A DNA stretch of 60,416 nucleotides, filler included, from Nemertoderma westbladi (lineage: Eukaryota; Animalia; Xenacoelomorpha): assembly GCA_032718475.1 (NCBI GenBank). It is 3 parts of 3 records of this genome, joined end to end, with 100 filler letters (N's around TTAATTAATTAA, not from the genome) between each part and the next. Parts side by side here need not be neighbours in the genome. Positions count along the whole stretch, not along the records: positions 1 to 20,421 come from JAUCBJ010007691.1; 2 more parts are not named here. The stretch is one strand, 5' to 3'. Of this stretch, positions 1-12,606 are shown in pieces (position 1 is the first letter of the stretch; each line of letters opens with the position of its first letter). The notes beneath the pieces are model-generated. The model worked only from the letters and a program-made list of their open reading frames with translations, searched no databases and was not told the origin of the DNA. The translations under genes and the position numbers were made by a program.

Positions 1-1694
1 TCAAGATCAGTTAATGAGTATGAGTTGTTAAGTTAAATTAGTTCGGTAACAGTTTATACTTTCGATAATTCAAGCAGTTTACTATAGTTCTTACTAAAAG
101 GCCGGTGTTTCTGGCTTAGACAGCAATAACAACAAAGTAACAACTCTAAACAGTAAGACTGAACACTCTCCTTATGATCGACTAAAAAGCTACACGTCGA
201 CAGGAAAAATCGCTCTGATTGGCTCAAGCCAAACAAAGAACCTTGCATCTAATGGCTGTTTCCATGTCAGCAACCAGCTGCTAGATGTCGTAATATGAAT
301 TATCACGGCTAAGCTATAAAAGGTAGTTGGTGCATTGCAGGTTTTTTGCCTTACCATGTCCACTAAAACACGTATATAGCAGAATTATTTTTATGTCCGT
401 TAAAACACCTGTAAAGGTACCTTGCGGGCGAGGGGAATATATATACAGTCAGAAAACCTTTTTAGAGTATTCCAGCGCCTGGGGGGGAACTGGCCAGCAA
501 AGGCAAACGTATCAGTTATCCCACAAAAGCTTTTACATTATGTATCTCGAAGATTGCTGAAAGGGTCTAACTGATGACGGAAAACTAAGTTGAACTGTGT
601 TTATAACCGTGATTGCACATCTAAGTCCACCCATATCAGCTGTAATGCGCCGCAATGTTTAATTAGAACTCAAATAGGACTTGGATAATGCGGAGATGAT
701 TGAATGTCACACAGAACGTGAATTCAAGTTCTATACTATGAAAGCTAAAAATATAGTTTTTCCGAATGCATTTAGTTATGTAGAGTAGAATACAAAACAT
801 TTCTTAACGGAACCTTAAAGGTGCCTACTGGTGGATGGTGTAAAATACCTTAACGGAGAGTCCTCCGTTAGTGTAACGGAGCTTCGAGACGCTGGCTTCC
901 GTTAGTTAAAGCCGCCGTTAATTTAACGGAGGTTTCGTGTCGCTCAAAATTTTAGTTAACGGCGCCGTTAGCACTAACGGAGCTTCTTGTCGCCTGCCCC
1001 AGGATAGTTTTCGTTTTGGCACAAATGTTTTAAAGGGAGGGACTAACCATACCAGGGCAGGGCGCATATATGCTTTGTTAATTAAATAGTCGTTAAATGA
1101 GTACCAGTTATCTCTTTGCCTGTAAGCAGTAGGCGGCCTACTGTAGGCCTATACTGTAGTTCTGTGGTAAATGTGTTGACGCGTCGGTCTAAGTTTGTAA
1201 ATGTTTTTTGGGTTCGAAATATGATGATGGATATAAAGAAATATAAAATGAATGAGTTGATGATAATAAGACATAGTTTAATCTTTTATAATAATAATTA
1301 ATAATCGCACTCTCATTATACTCCTAATATATATCACATTGCTACCTAATTGCTAATGTATCCTATAAATGCTACGATCTTTTATACTACTATATTTTAT
1401 TATAAAATGTTTCATGTGCCTATCACAGAAAGTTATATCCAATAGGATTTCACATACTGGGTGAAAAGTAAGGAACAGAAAATGATTGAGGATTCACATC
1501 AAACTTATAACTCTCAATAACTACAGTAAAAAACTGGCTAAATTAATCGTGCATAGAGATAATGATTCCTGTCCTAAGGTAGACTAAAAATGTTGTACAG
1601 TAAACAGCATTACAAATGACAGGTCGTGATTGACATATTATGCATGCTGAGTCTACATGTGCTTCATGTTTACATATAGAATAATAATAAATAA

Positions 1695-2258
1695 CTACTA
1701 GGATCGGCATGCTGCATTGCAGCTGCATTTTTAAGAATGCTGTGCCGGCTTGTCAACAAAATTGCACCGCCACAACTCCCTATCACCCATGACATTTGCT
1801 AGATCATCCGCATCTTTAAGGCTAGTGTCCTTTAAGATGCGTCTCAAGAAAGTCATGGGCTGTCCACCATGCTTATTCACTCCATGAGGCTGCCAAAGTA
1901 CAAGATTATGCACTGGCTGGTCCTCACGGCGAAAGCAATGTCCTGCAAAGCGGAGGCGATTTTGTTCTAGTGTCAAGCTTGGGGGGCAAGCTCATTGGCT
2001 TGTCAAGCCAATGAGACACCTCCAATGTTATATAGTGTCTGGTTGGGGATGTGTGCATTGTACTTGACACAATGAACCCGGCGTAGCATTCTTGTGAATG
2101 TGCCATCCAGAGATTTGGTGTCCTCAGCAGTTAGAGCCCAGCATGGACTCCCGTAGAGGAGTACTGGAACTACTGCTGCTCGAAATAATCGGACCTTAAG
2201 TTTCTGATTAATTCTCGGTGACTTCCAAATCCTGGAAAGCCTATTCAAGGCTGCCCAT
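1695..2258 (-). mobile_element. 5'-truncated RTE-clade LINE (3' end of RT and tail), same family as 27738-30642
   Basis: Minus-strand peptides WAALNRLSRIWKS...LLYGSPCWALT...RLRFAGHCFRR are near-identical to the 27777-28346 ORF. (TAG)n tail. 11-bp TSD ATAATAAATAA at 1684-1694 and 2259-2269. Confidence 0.92.
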
Positions 2259-3411
2259 ATAATAAATAAAAAACGCATCTGAAATAACATGTGCCAAGGG
2301 ACAATTCATGCCTGTCTTCTAATCTCGGGAAAATATGCCAAATAATTTTGGTGTTACATGATCGCAAACCTTCTACCTTTAACATGTGGTGTCTATACTG
2401 GAAATGAGTCGTGAGACCTTCTTTTCTATTTTTCGTACTTGTTACAAGGAGGTCTACTTGTTTTTTTTTCGTTTCCGCAGTCATTGCCTCTAACATAAGA
2501 AGGACGACCGAATCTGTGCAACTACTGTATTTTTTTTTCATTATCTATTTACTAAATTGTTGCAGAAATAACGTTATTTTATTTTCTTCAATACTAGACT
2601 CTTTTCACTGATAAATTAATAAAGATAAAGCCAACTTTACTAGTGTAGGTTTTGGGGAGGTTTAAGTCGAAGTCGCCTTGAGGGTGGTTAGTGAGGGTTG
2701 GGGAGGAATTAGGCAGTGGGGAGAGACCCTGGGCGGTGTGGGGGGTTGATGTGTCTGTATGGATTCCATAGTGTCTATTTATACCGAATAACTCGTTCAA
2801 GTCATCTCCAACCTCACCTATATCGGGTTTATATTCCAGTTAGTGTCTATTAAAAAATAAACAATGAAGGTTTTATTCTAATTTCGCTTTCGATTACTGA
2901 TATTGAATTCGACTAACCAAAAAAAGCATAATATTGTTTAATGGTTATACCCAAGTCTTTGAAGTAAAGTGAATTACTCGTGTATTTTGAGTAATTTTAT
3001 CAATTTCGAAAGGTGCTGATATGGTATGGGACTCCCAGGAACTCCTCTTATCTCGAAACCAACTGGAGCTATTACATTTATATTTGTCTCAAATGAAAGG
3101 GGACATAATTTTATTCTGGCTAACTAAATTTGGGGGCTTTGCAGCAGCTTGGCGGGTCGTATCTATAGTAGGTCATGCATTTAAAATAGATACTTGGAAA
3201 AAACTCTAGCTAGCATAAATAACAAAAAATAAATATCAAAAATACAAGATATTTTGTATGTCTTAATTCAGTGCAACCCCACCCCCTCTGAAACTTAATG
3301 AAATTGAGTGGAAGATTAGCATTCGGAAGTGGCAAGTTTTAGTATCGTCTCGAGGCTATTTAACTACTTTTCAAACGCTTGTAGTTAAGGATTGAAAGCG
3401 AGGCACTACTA

Positions 3412-4207
3412 CAGTATGTGCGTGTACCCATGATCGGGAATTTTTGTAGTAGCTAGTTTTTGCTAGATTTTTTTTAATGTTCTATGTCATATTAGCTATA
3501 AAAAATGTTCTAGAACAAATATGTTTTGTTCTAGAAAATTTTTTTAAAAATTTATAATTCGTAATAATACACCTTAAAATGTTAATCTGTTGCCTTTAAA
3601 TACTATATTATTTAAATACTATTATTCTAATGTTTTTTAATGTTTACAGTAGTAGGTTCACTTTAACTGTTTTCATTAAATAAAATGCCACGTCACGAAA
3701 ACAAAAAGTACTCTAAAGATACAAATAATATTGACATTTCCAAAGAATAGTATAAAAGAAAAGTATAATTTAAAAAAAAAAATGTTTTTTTTAATAATAG
3801 CTAACTTGGAAAATTACTAAGCTAGCTAGCCTGATAATTTGTAATTTTTTTTTTAATTTTAAATGTTTATAAATGATAAATAATCTATTTATTACACATA
3901 GTTACTAATTTTTAATAATTTTTTTTTAATTTCTTTAAAAATAATAGCTAATTTGGAAAATTACTAGCTAGCCTGATAATTTGTATATTTAATGTTTATA
4001 GATAAATAAACTATTTATTACACATAATAACTAATTTTTAATAAATTTTTACTTTTAAATGTTATAGATCAAAAAATATATATTAGTTCTAGAAATTAGT
4101 TCTAATTTTTATAACCTAACAATAGCTAAAATGAAATAATAGTTCTAAAAAAAAAGTAGCAAAAACTAGCTATAGTGAAAAAAATATGGTTATGGGTATA
4201 CATACTG
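3412..4207. mobile_element. Tc1/mariner-type MITE, copy 1
   Basis: TA|CAGTATGTG..TACCCAT at the left end and ATGGGTATACATACTG|TA at the right end. AT-rich interior with TAGCTA/TTCTAGAA motifs. Second copy at 6619-7237. Confidence 0.8.
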
Positions 4208-4224
4208 TAGTATGTGGTGATATC

Positions 4225-4762
4225 AGTAGTGCCGAAAGCGAAAATAAATATTCTGACGCACCCAGTATGGATGAGGGAAGTAAAACAATATATATTTCAA
4301 ATTTCATGCACCCAGTATGGATGAGGGAAGTAAAACAATATATATTTCAAATTTCATGCACCCAGTATGGATGAGGGAGGTAAAACAATATATATTTCAA
4401 ATTTCATGCACCCAGTATGGATGAGGGAGGTAAAACAATATATATTTCAAATTTCATGCAATCTCATTAAGATTTGTAGAATAATAATTGGTGGCCAAGT
4501 CACTGTATTAAGACACAATATTCCTGGAGATGGAGTAGGTAAGCACCAACGAAGTGGATCTGGCAATAATTACCAATAATATATAATAATAGCTATTAAA
4601 ATAATTTGTTTCAAAATTATAATACTTACTATTGAAAAGAATCATAAAAAAATGTTCTAGAAGACTTTTATTATAAAATCCTTCAAATATGCAAAAAATT
4701 ATTTTCAAAACGTGTGCCTACTAAATTTAGTAGGTACAGTAGAATGCAGCTTTCATGGTTGT
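4225..4762. repeat. Dispersed repeat (relative of the foldback family), second copy at about 11310-11695
   Basis: The stretch from gtagtgccgaaagcgaaaata to gaatgcagctttcatgg is shared with 11310-11695 and resembles the arms of the 11784-12516 palindrome. Confidence 0.85.
4261..4460. repeat. 50-bp tandem repeat, 4 copies
   Basis: cccagtatggatgagggaRgtaaaacaatatatatttcaaatttcatgca at 4261, 4311, 4361 and 4411. Only one unit is present in the sister copy near 11345. Confidence 0.97.
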
Positions 4763-5681
4763 ATATTTAGTAGGTCATGTTCCACTTAATCTAAAAAGTT
4801 TTATAGTTTGACGGGACAGTTAACTCCATCCCTAAATCATTAACGGCCGGCATCCATCGGTTTTAGGTAAATCGATTAATTAACCCTACATATTTCTAAC
4901 CTTGACCTATTCGCACTAAACCCATATCAGAGAATCCGGTTAGTCGATTACCATAGCAACTGTTCAAAATAAAATATAATTTACTATTTTTTCGTTTTTA
5001 CTGCAAATTTCGGTGAATTTTTGCAAAATATCAATAGTTTTCGAAACCATTGCCAAATACGTGTTCCCCATATTCTAAAGACATGATAGATTCCAAATAT
5101 ATAGCCAATAAGAATCTTTATTTTAATGGTCGCGCTATAAAAATGTTTCCCACGAAACCATAGAAACAAACTCAAAACCGTTGGAAACTATATGGAAACT
5201 AAATTGGTATCTACAGTATGTAGAAGTACATAGGTCAGTCAAACAATAGTCGTTAGATTACAGTTAGTCTGCGCCAAACTAGATGAAAATCCCACAAATT
5301 TTTAGTCACATTGTTGCTATGTATAGTGAAATCCATGGTGCTAAGGAAAAAAAACATAAAAATGAAAGTGATCCGAATAATGTATATCTCCTTCAACTGT
5401 TTGAGAGATTAGCAAGATAATAAAGAATCAGAAATATTTGATTCGGATGAGTAATTGCTAATTAGTTATGCCCGCTTTATGCCAATGTTGACAGGACTAA
5501 TGATTAGTAACATATTTATATAATATAAATATTTCACTGATCTTTTTGTCTCACTTACTGTAAGTCAATTATAAAAATAATTAATCACTTATTTTTCACG
5601 CAAAAAGTAAAAGGTGAAATAATGACCAGATACATATGAAGAATTGTTCAAAACAAAAACAAAAATATTGTTTCCGTAACT

Positions 5682-6510
5682 TTAAGATTTATGAACAGAA
5701 TCATCGTGTCTCTTAAGTTCATGTCTATTAGAAATTTGTTTATGGCAGATAGAACAATCATATTTAGAGTTTCCCTTTCCTTTATGAAAGTTGTTAACAT
5801 GATTGTTTAGACTGGATTTCTGGGTGAATTCTTTGTTACAATAACCGCACTTATGCTTGATTAGTTGATGGATAGAGTCGACATGTTTTTTTAGATAACT
5901 TTTGGTACCAAATGATTTTCCACAATCAAAACAGTTGTACTTGATATCTTTATGGGCGCAGTTGACATGGGCGTTTAGATGGTCTTGCCGGCTGAATTCT
6001 TTGTTACAATAACCGCACTTATGTTTGATTAGTTGATGGATAGAATCGACATGTGTTTTTAGATAACTTTTGGTACCAAATAATTTTCCACAATCAAAAC
6101 AGTTGTACTTGATATCTTTATGGGCGCAGTTGATATGGGTATTTAGACTGCGTTGCTGGCTGAATTCTTTGCTACAATAACCGCACTTATGTTTGATTAA
6201 TTTATGGATAGAGTCGATATGTATCTTTAGATCACTTTTGGTACCAAATGATTTTCCACAATCAAAACAGCTGTTCTTGACATCTTTATGGGCGTAGTTG
6301 ACATGAGCGTTTAGACTGCCCCGAGAGCTGAATTCTTTGTTACAATAACCGCACTTATGTTTGATATCTTTATGGGCGTAGTTGACATGAGCGTTTAGAC
6401 TGCCCCGAGAGCTGAATTCTTTGTTACAATAACCGCACTTATGTTTGATATCTTTATGGGCGTAGTTGACATGAGCGTTTAGACTGCCCCGAGAGCTGAA
6501 TTCTTTGTTA
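5682..6510 (-). CDS. Tandem C2H2 zinc-finger array (9 complete fingers plus 1 truncated); 5' part missing, so a terminal exon fragment or pseudogene
   Basis: Repeating CxxC-x12-HxxxxH 28-aa units (CGYCNKEF..., CFDCGKSF...), open to the stop at 5682. Similarity ends mid-finger at 6510, where a repeat begins. Confidence 0.85.
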
Positions 6511-6618
6511 TTGAGTGGAAGATTAGCATTCGGAAGTGGCAAGTTTTAGTATCGTCTCGAGGCTATTTAATTACTTTTCAAACGCTTGTTGTTAAGGATT
6601 GAAAGCGAGGCACTACTA

Positions 6619-7237
6619 CAGTATGTGCGTGTACCCATGATCGGGAATTTTTGTAGTAGCTAGTTTTTGCTACATTTTTTTTTAATGTTCTATGTTATAT
6701 TAGCTATAAAAAATGTTCTAGAACAAATATTTTTTGTTCTAGAACATTTTTTAAAAAATTTATAATTCGTAATAATACACCTTAAAATGTTAATCTGTTG
6801 CCTTTAAATACTATATTATTTAAATACTATTATTCTAGAATGTTTTTTAATGTTTACAGTAGTAGGTTCACTTTAACTGTTTTCATTAAATAAAATACCA
6901 CGTCACGAAAACAAAAAGTGCTCTAAAGATACAAATATTATTGATATTTCCAAAGAATTAAAGAATTCTTTAAAATACTAGCTAATTTGGAAAATTTCTA
7001 GCTAGCCTGATAATTTGTATATTTAATGTTTATAGATAAATAAACTATTTATTACACATAATAACTAATTTTTAATAAATTTTTATTTTAAAATGTTCTA
7101 GATCAAAAAATATATATTTGTTCTAGAACATAATTTTTTTAACCTAACAATAGCTAAAATGAAATAGAATAGTTCTAAAAAAAAAGTAGCAAAAATTAGC
7201 TATAGTAAAAAAAATATGGTTATGGGTACACATACTG
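6619..7237. mobile_element. Tc1/mariner-type MITE, copy 2 (internally deleted)
   Basis: Same TIRs and TA flanks as 3412-4207; about 180 bp shorter internally. Confidence 0.8.
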
Positions 7238-7264
7238 TACCACAAGTTTGCAACAGTTTGCAAC

Positions 7265-7401
7265 ACAGATAGCTTTAAACGTAGATTAGACCAATATCTT
7301 ATAAATGTCCCAGATCAACCGGGTTGCCATGGATACACGGCCGCAAGATGTTATAATTCTAACTCCCTCGTCGACATTATTCCAAGGCTTAATAAATAAA
7401 T
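7265..7401 (+). mobile_element. 3' tail remnant of a CR1/L2-group LINE
   Basis: Translates as FKRRLDQYLINVPDQPGCHGY...NSNSLVDII, a typical CR1-group C-terminus, followed by (AAAT)n. Confidence 0.6.
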
Positions 7402-9720
7402 AACACATTCGAAAAGAGTAAGGGGAAGCTATGGACCTTTCAATACCCTAATGGAACCAAAGCACAACTGGATTACATCTTCATAAACAAAAAGTGGAGA
7501 AACAGCATGATCAACTGCGAGGCATACAGCTCGTTCAACCTAATTGGTTCGGACCACAGAATTGTGACTGCAGAGATCACACTCAGTTTGAGAGCCAGTA
7601 AACCCAGGACAAGCAAGCAAATCAAATATGACTGGGAAAAACTTAGAACTGACAATGCTGTTAAGGATGCTTATACAGTAGAAGTTCAAAACCGCTTTGA
7701 AGCACTTCAGTCAATGGATGAAGACCAATCCACCAATTCAATATACCAGAATATAATAACAGCCCACAAGGAATCAGCTAAGAGGCATATCCCCCAGAAA
7801 CCCAAACGAAAACAATATGTGCCATGGCAAAACTCTGAGGTTACTTGTAAGAGAGAAGATCTTAAGATAGCCTACAAAGTTAAAACCGAACAACCAACAA
7901 CCGAAAACATTAACAAGGTTGAGAAAGCTAAGGACGATCTTAAATTGGCCTACAACATCAGCCAGGAAAAGTACATACAGGATAAAACTGAGGCAATTAC
8001 AACTGCTCACATACAGCAACAATCAAGACTTACCTGGCAAACTGTAAATGAGGTATCTGGTCGGAAAAGTTGTGCAAAGGGGCGCCTCAAAGCCGATAGT
8101 CCTGAAGAACGTGTTGGGAAGTGGAAAAATCACTTCAGCAACTTGCTTGGGCAGCCACCAAACATCGAGGTCAGCCCTACAAGGAAAATATATGACAAGA
8201 CACTACCTATAGAAACAGGGGACTTCACACCTGCCGAACTCCAAAGAAGCATTAAAAGCATGCGAGTGGATTAGATGAAATCCCAGCGGAGGTATGGAAA
8301 CCTGGAGTGCTAAACAGACCATTATTGAATGTTTGCAACCGGATGTTAAAAGGGGAAAAGCCACCACCAATTTGTACTAAAGGTCAACTAAAGCCTCTCC
8401 CCAAGAAAGGAGACCTCGGCATACCAACAAACTATCGTGGGATCTGTCTGCTTGTGGTAGCTGCCAAAATATACAATAAAATGATTCTATATAGGATTAG
8501 GTATCACATAGAGAAACTACACTGCGTAAGAGCCAAAACGGATTTCGACCAAGTAGATCAACAATAGCTCAGATACTTGCAATACGGAGACTGATTGAAG
8601 GAATTAAGTCAAAGAATCTCCCCGCTGTCATGACTTTTGTGGACTTCAAGAAGGCATTCGACTCCATCCATAGAGGTAAAATGCTTGAAATCCTAAGAGC
8701 TTATGGAATACCAGAAGTAATTGTTGCTGGCATTGGATTGTTATATTGTGACACAGAAGCGCAGGTACTCTCACCAGATGGTGAAACTGAGTTTTTCTCA
8801 ATCCTGGCTGGCGTACTGCAAGGTGACACAGTAGCACCATTACTATTTGTAATTGTGCTGGATTACGCAATGAGGACGGCCACAAAGGGTGAAGACCTGG
8901 GATTCACACTTCAAGAACGCAGAAGTAGTAGATATCCGGCAACTACAGTCACAGACACCGACTTTGCGGATGACATCGCCTTGCTCTCTAATACCCTAGC
9001 AGATGCACAGCTTCTACTAAATAAAGTGGAGAGGGCTGCTAAGGAGGTTGGATTGCATATAAATGCTACAAAGACCGAATTCCTGACCTTTAATGTTGAT
9101 GGAAACTTGACAACCATTGATAATAATCAACTAAGGAAGGTCGATGACTTCCAGTACCTTGGATCATGGATAGAGAGTAGCAAAAAGGACATAGAAGTTA
9201 GGAAAGCAAAGGCTTGGGTAGCTCTATCAAAAATGGATACCATCTGGAAATCAGATCTCTCCAGGCACCTGAAGACTAAGTTCTTTCGAGCCACAGTGGG
9301 AAGTGTATTTTTATACGGGGGTGAGACCTGGACACTGACTAAATCACTTGAACAACGAATTGATGGTTGCTACACAAGACTACTAAGGTCAGCCCTAAAC
9401 ATCAGCTGGAGACACCACATGACAAACGCCGAGCTTTTTGGTACAATACCACCTGTATCAACCACCCTCCGTGAAAGCAGATTAAGATTCAGTGGGCACT
9501 GCTGGCGAAGTAAAGACGCGGTCATACCAGATCTACTGTACTTCTCTGGTAACCAACTCATGGAAAGCGTAGTCGTGGACGACCGGCCATAACATATATA
9601 GATCAACTTGAAAGGGATACTGAACTTGGGAGAAACGAAATTGCGACAACTATGGAGAATCGGGAAGCCTGGAAGGATCTCATTTCCACTGTCCGAGTTC
9701 GCTCGACCTAGTAGTAGTAG
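7402..9720 (+). mobile_element. 5'-truncated RTE-clade LINE (end of APE plus RT), frameshifted
   Basis: Motifs AQLDYIF, SDHRIV, NYRGICLL, FVDFKKAFDS, GVLQGD, FADDIAL, YLGS, RLRFSGHCWR. (TAG)n tail. 12-bp TSD TAATAAATAAAT at 7390-7401 and 9721-9732. Confidence 0.95.
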
Positions 9721-9817
9721 TAATAAATAAATTCTAAACCACGCATTTAACATGAAATTAATTGAATATTGCTAAACTTGAATACGTATTTTTATTTTTA
9801 CTTTTTACTCTCAAATC

Positions 9818-10952
9818 GGTACTACTATGTTATGGGTACCCACTTTTTGACCATTTAATTGACAATGTTAATGGCTATTATCTTGAGGTTTTTTGTTTTA
9901 TAACATTAATGTCATCTTCTGTTAGACGTTAGCTATTGTTTTTTTATGGTAGCTAGTGATTTCTTTTAGGTAGCTACTGTTTTTAAAATTACAAAACCAA
10001 ATTTTTGGCACCAAATTTTTGATCAATTTTTTTACCATATTATTGGATATTATCATGATGTTTTTCGTTCTAGAACATAAATTTCACCTTCTGAGAGAGG
10101 TTACCTATTATTTTTTATTAAAGTAGCTAGTGTTTTTAAAGGTAGCTAGAGAACTTAAAATTACAAAATAATATTTTGGACCATGTTAATGGATATTATC
10201 AAGATGGTTTTTTGTTCTAGAACATAAATTATTTCACCTTCTGAGAGAGGTTAGCTATTATTTTTTATTATGGTAGCTAGTGTTTTTAAAGGTAGATAGA
10301 TAGTGATCTTAAAATTAGAAAATAAATTTTGTAGTGCCCCTTTTATTTAGACAATTTCCATATCATCAATATATTCTCGCAATAATAAAAAGATAAATAA
10401 ATCTAGTAATAAGTAAAATCAAATAAGGCCTAAATAAGTAAAATATGTAAAAAATCTATTTTTACATCTGCCTATATTTTGTATAAAAAACTAGCTAGTG
10501 AATAATTACTAGCTACCTTGACTATCAAATAAAAATTACTAGCTACACCATGACTCATAAATTATTCCATGCAAATATATAATTGGGAATTAAATTACCG
10601 GTATATCTTACATTTACTAGCTAATAAATAGTACTAGCTAACATAAAATTAAATGTACTAGCTACCACCTTACTGTCAGAAGGTCAAACATTTGTTCTAG
10701 ATAAAAAACTTCATAATAAAATATATTTTTACAAGAAAAACGTTGGTCAATTTTTTTTTCAATTTTTCAATTATAATTTTTTTCACTAGCTAATAAAAAG
10801 TACTAGCTATAACACAAAATCAAAATTACTAGCTACCATCGTACTGGCAGAAGGTTGTTGTACTTGTTCTAGAACAAAAAACCTCATGATAAAAGCAATT
10901 TTCATATGAATAAATTTGTTTAAAAAGTGGGTACCCATAACATAGTAGTACC
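9818..10952. mobile_element. Non-autonomous TIR element, Merlin-like
   Basis: Perfect 31-bp TIR GGTACTACTATGTTATGGGTACCCACTTTTT and 8-bp TSD CTCAAATC (9810-9817, 10953-10960). GG termini with an 8-bp TSD fit Merlin; the superfamily is inferred. Confidence 0.85.
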
Positions 10953-11783
10953 CTCAAATCATATGTATATATTTATAATTCCATTTCCATTTTTAGTGCA
11001 TCTTACAGTATATAATTAATATTATAATGCATCTTTTTTACTCTCACGTCATATGAATGAATATTTATTTATTTTCTAATTCTTTAGTGCCTTTTATATT
11101 TAATTAAATAAAATTGTACCTATTGACAAAATAATGTACATTCTATTTAGTTTACCATATTGCACAGTAAATCGTTTCATTTAATGTTATACGTTGATAA
11201 ATTATGTTATTGTTTTGTATTATCAATTTACTGAATTCCGTTTAGGTGTGCTCTACGAGTTCTCCTTGGTATGTTAATTTTAACCTTAAAACTATACAAG
11301 AATACTGTGTAGTAGTGCCGAAAGCGAAAATAGATCTGACGTACCCAGTATGGATGAGGGAGGTAAAACAATATTATATTTCAAATTTCATGCAATCTCA
11401 TTAAGATTTGTAGAATAATAATTGGTGGCCAAGTCACTGAATTAAGACACAATATTCCTGGAGATGGCGTAGGTAAGCACCAACGAAGTGGATCTGGCAA
11501 TAATTACCAATAATATATAATAATAATAGCTATTAAAATAATTTGTTTCAAAATTATAATACTTACTATTGAAAAGAATCATAAAAAAATGTTCTAGAAG
11601 ACTTTTATTATAAAATCTTTCAAATATGCAAAAAAATATTTTCAAAACGTGTGCTTATTAAATTTAGTAGGCAGAATGCAGCTTTCATGGTCGTATGTAT
11701 ACACCATGTCCTGGAATATAGTGTCGTTATTCAGGTACATGCCCCCCCCCCCAAATTTTTCTACAAATCTTTATGAGATTGCA

Positions 11784-12516
11784 TGAAATTTGAAACAGAG
11801 ATAGTTTCACCTCCCTCCTCCTCCGTGGGTGAGCCAGAATTTTTATTTTTGCTTTCATTCGTTAGCTACAAGCGTTTAAAAAAGGTGTCTCCGTCGATAT
11901 TGCACCAGTTACACCGCAGTTATTCTTCAAACATTTAGTGATTTGGTGGTACTAGTAGAAAGCTGACCGTGCAAAGATTCCAAATATGTAAAAACATTTG
12001 AATTTGGTTGGGAAATAGCTGAGATATTGGCATTCGAATTTTGCATGTATTTGCTTCCGCTGCAGGTCATTTATTATATTAAATAAATACACAATGTTCT
12101 AGAACATTTTGTTTATCTCATAAGTAGCTTGGCAACAATGCAATGCCTACATGATAATACTAGTTTATAGATATTCCCACATATCAAAATGTTCTAGAAC
12201 ATTGTGTATTAATTTAATAGAATAAATGGCCTGCAGCGGATGCAAATACATGCAAAATTCGAATGCCCATATCTCAGCTATTTCCCAACCAAATTTAAAT
12301 GTTTTTACATATTTGGAATCCTTGCACGGTCAGCTTTCTACTACAGTAGTACCAACAAATCACTAAATGTTTGAAGAATAACTATGGTGTAACTGGTGCA
12401 ATATCGACGGAGACATTTTTTTAAACGCTTGTAGCTAAAGAATGAAAGCAAAAATAAAGATTATGGCTCACCCACGGAGGATGAGGGAGGTGAAACTGAG
12501 TCTGTTTCAAATTTCA
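11784..12516. repeat. Long inverted repeat (foldback element)
   Basis: Arms of about 330 bp (11784-12111 and 12185-12516) are near-identical reverse complements around a spacer of about 70 bp. Confidence 0.92.
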
Positions 12517-12606
12517 CAGTCTGCAGGCTACGCTACAGTCAGCCTCAGCAAGTTACTAATAGAATTTCAGCAATACAACAATAATACAGTTAGCCAACAA
12601 ATTACA

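Noticed and set aside
571-615. CTGATGA as a hammerhead ribozyme core
   Set aside because: No GAAA follows a closing stem II, and no compatible stems I and III were found.
6511-6542. N-terminus MPLPNANLPL of the zinc-finger ORF
   Set aside because: It is encoded by the inserted repeat (copy of 3304 onward) and begins at a TTG, not a real start.
12442-12606. First 55 aa of the 707-aa ORF
   Set aside because: The upstream ATG lies in the palindrome arm, so this is chance read-through. Gag more plausibly starts at 12607.
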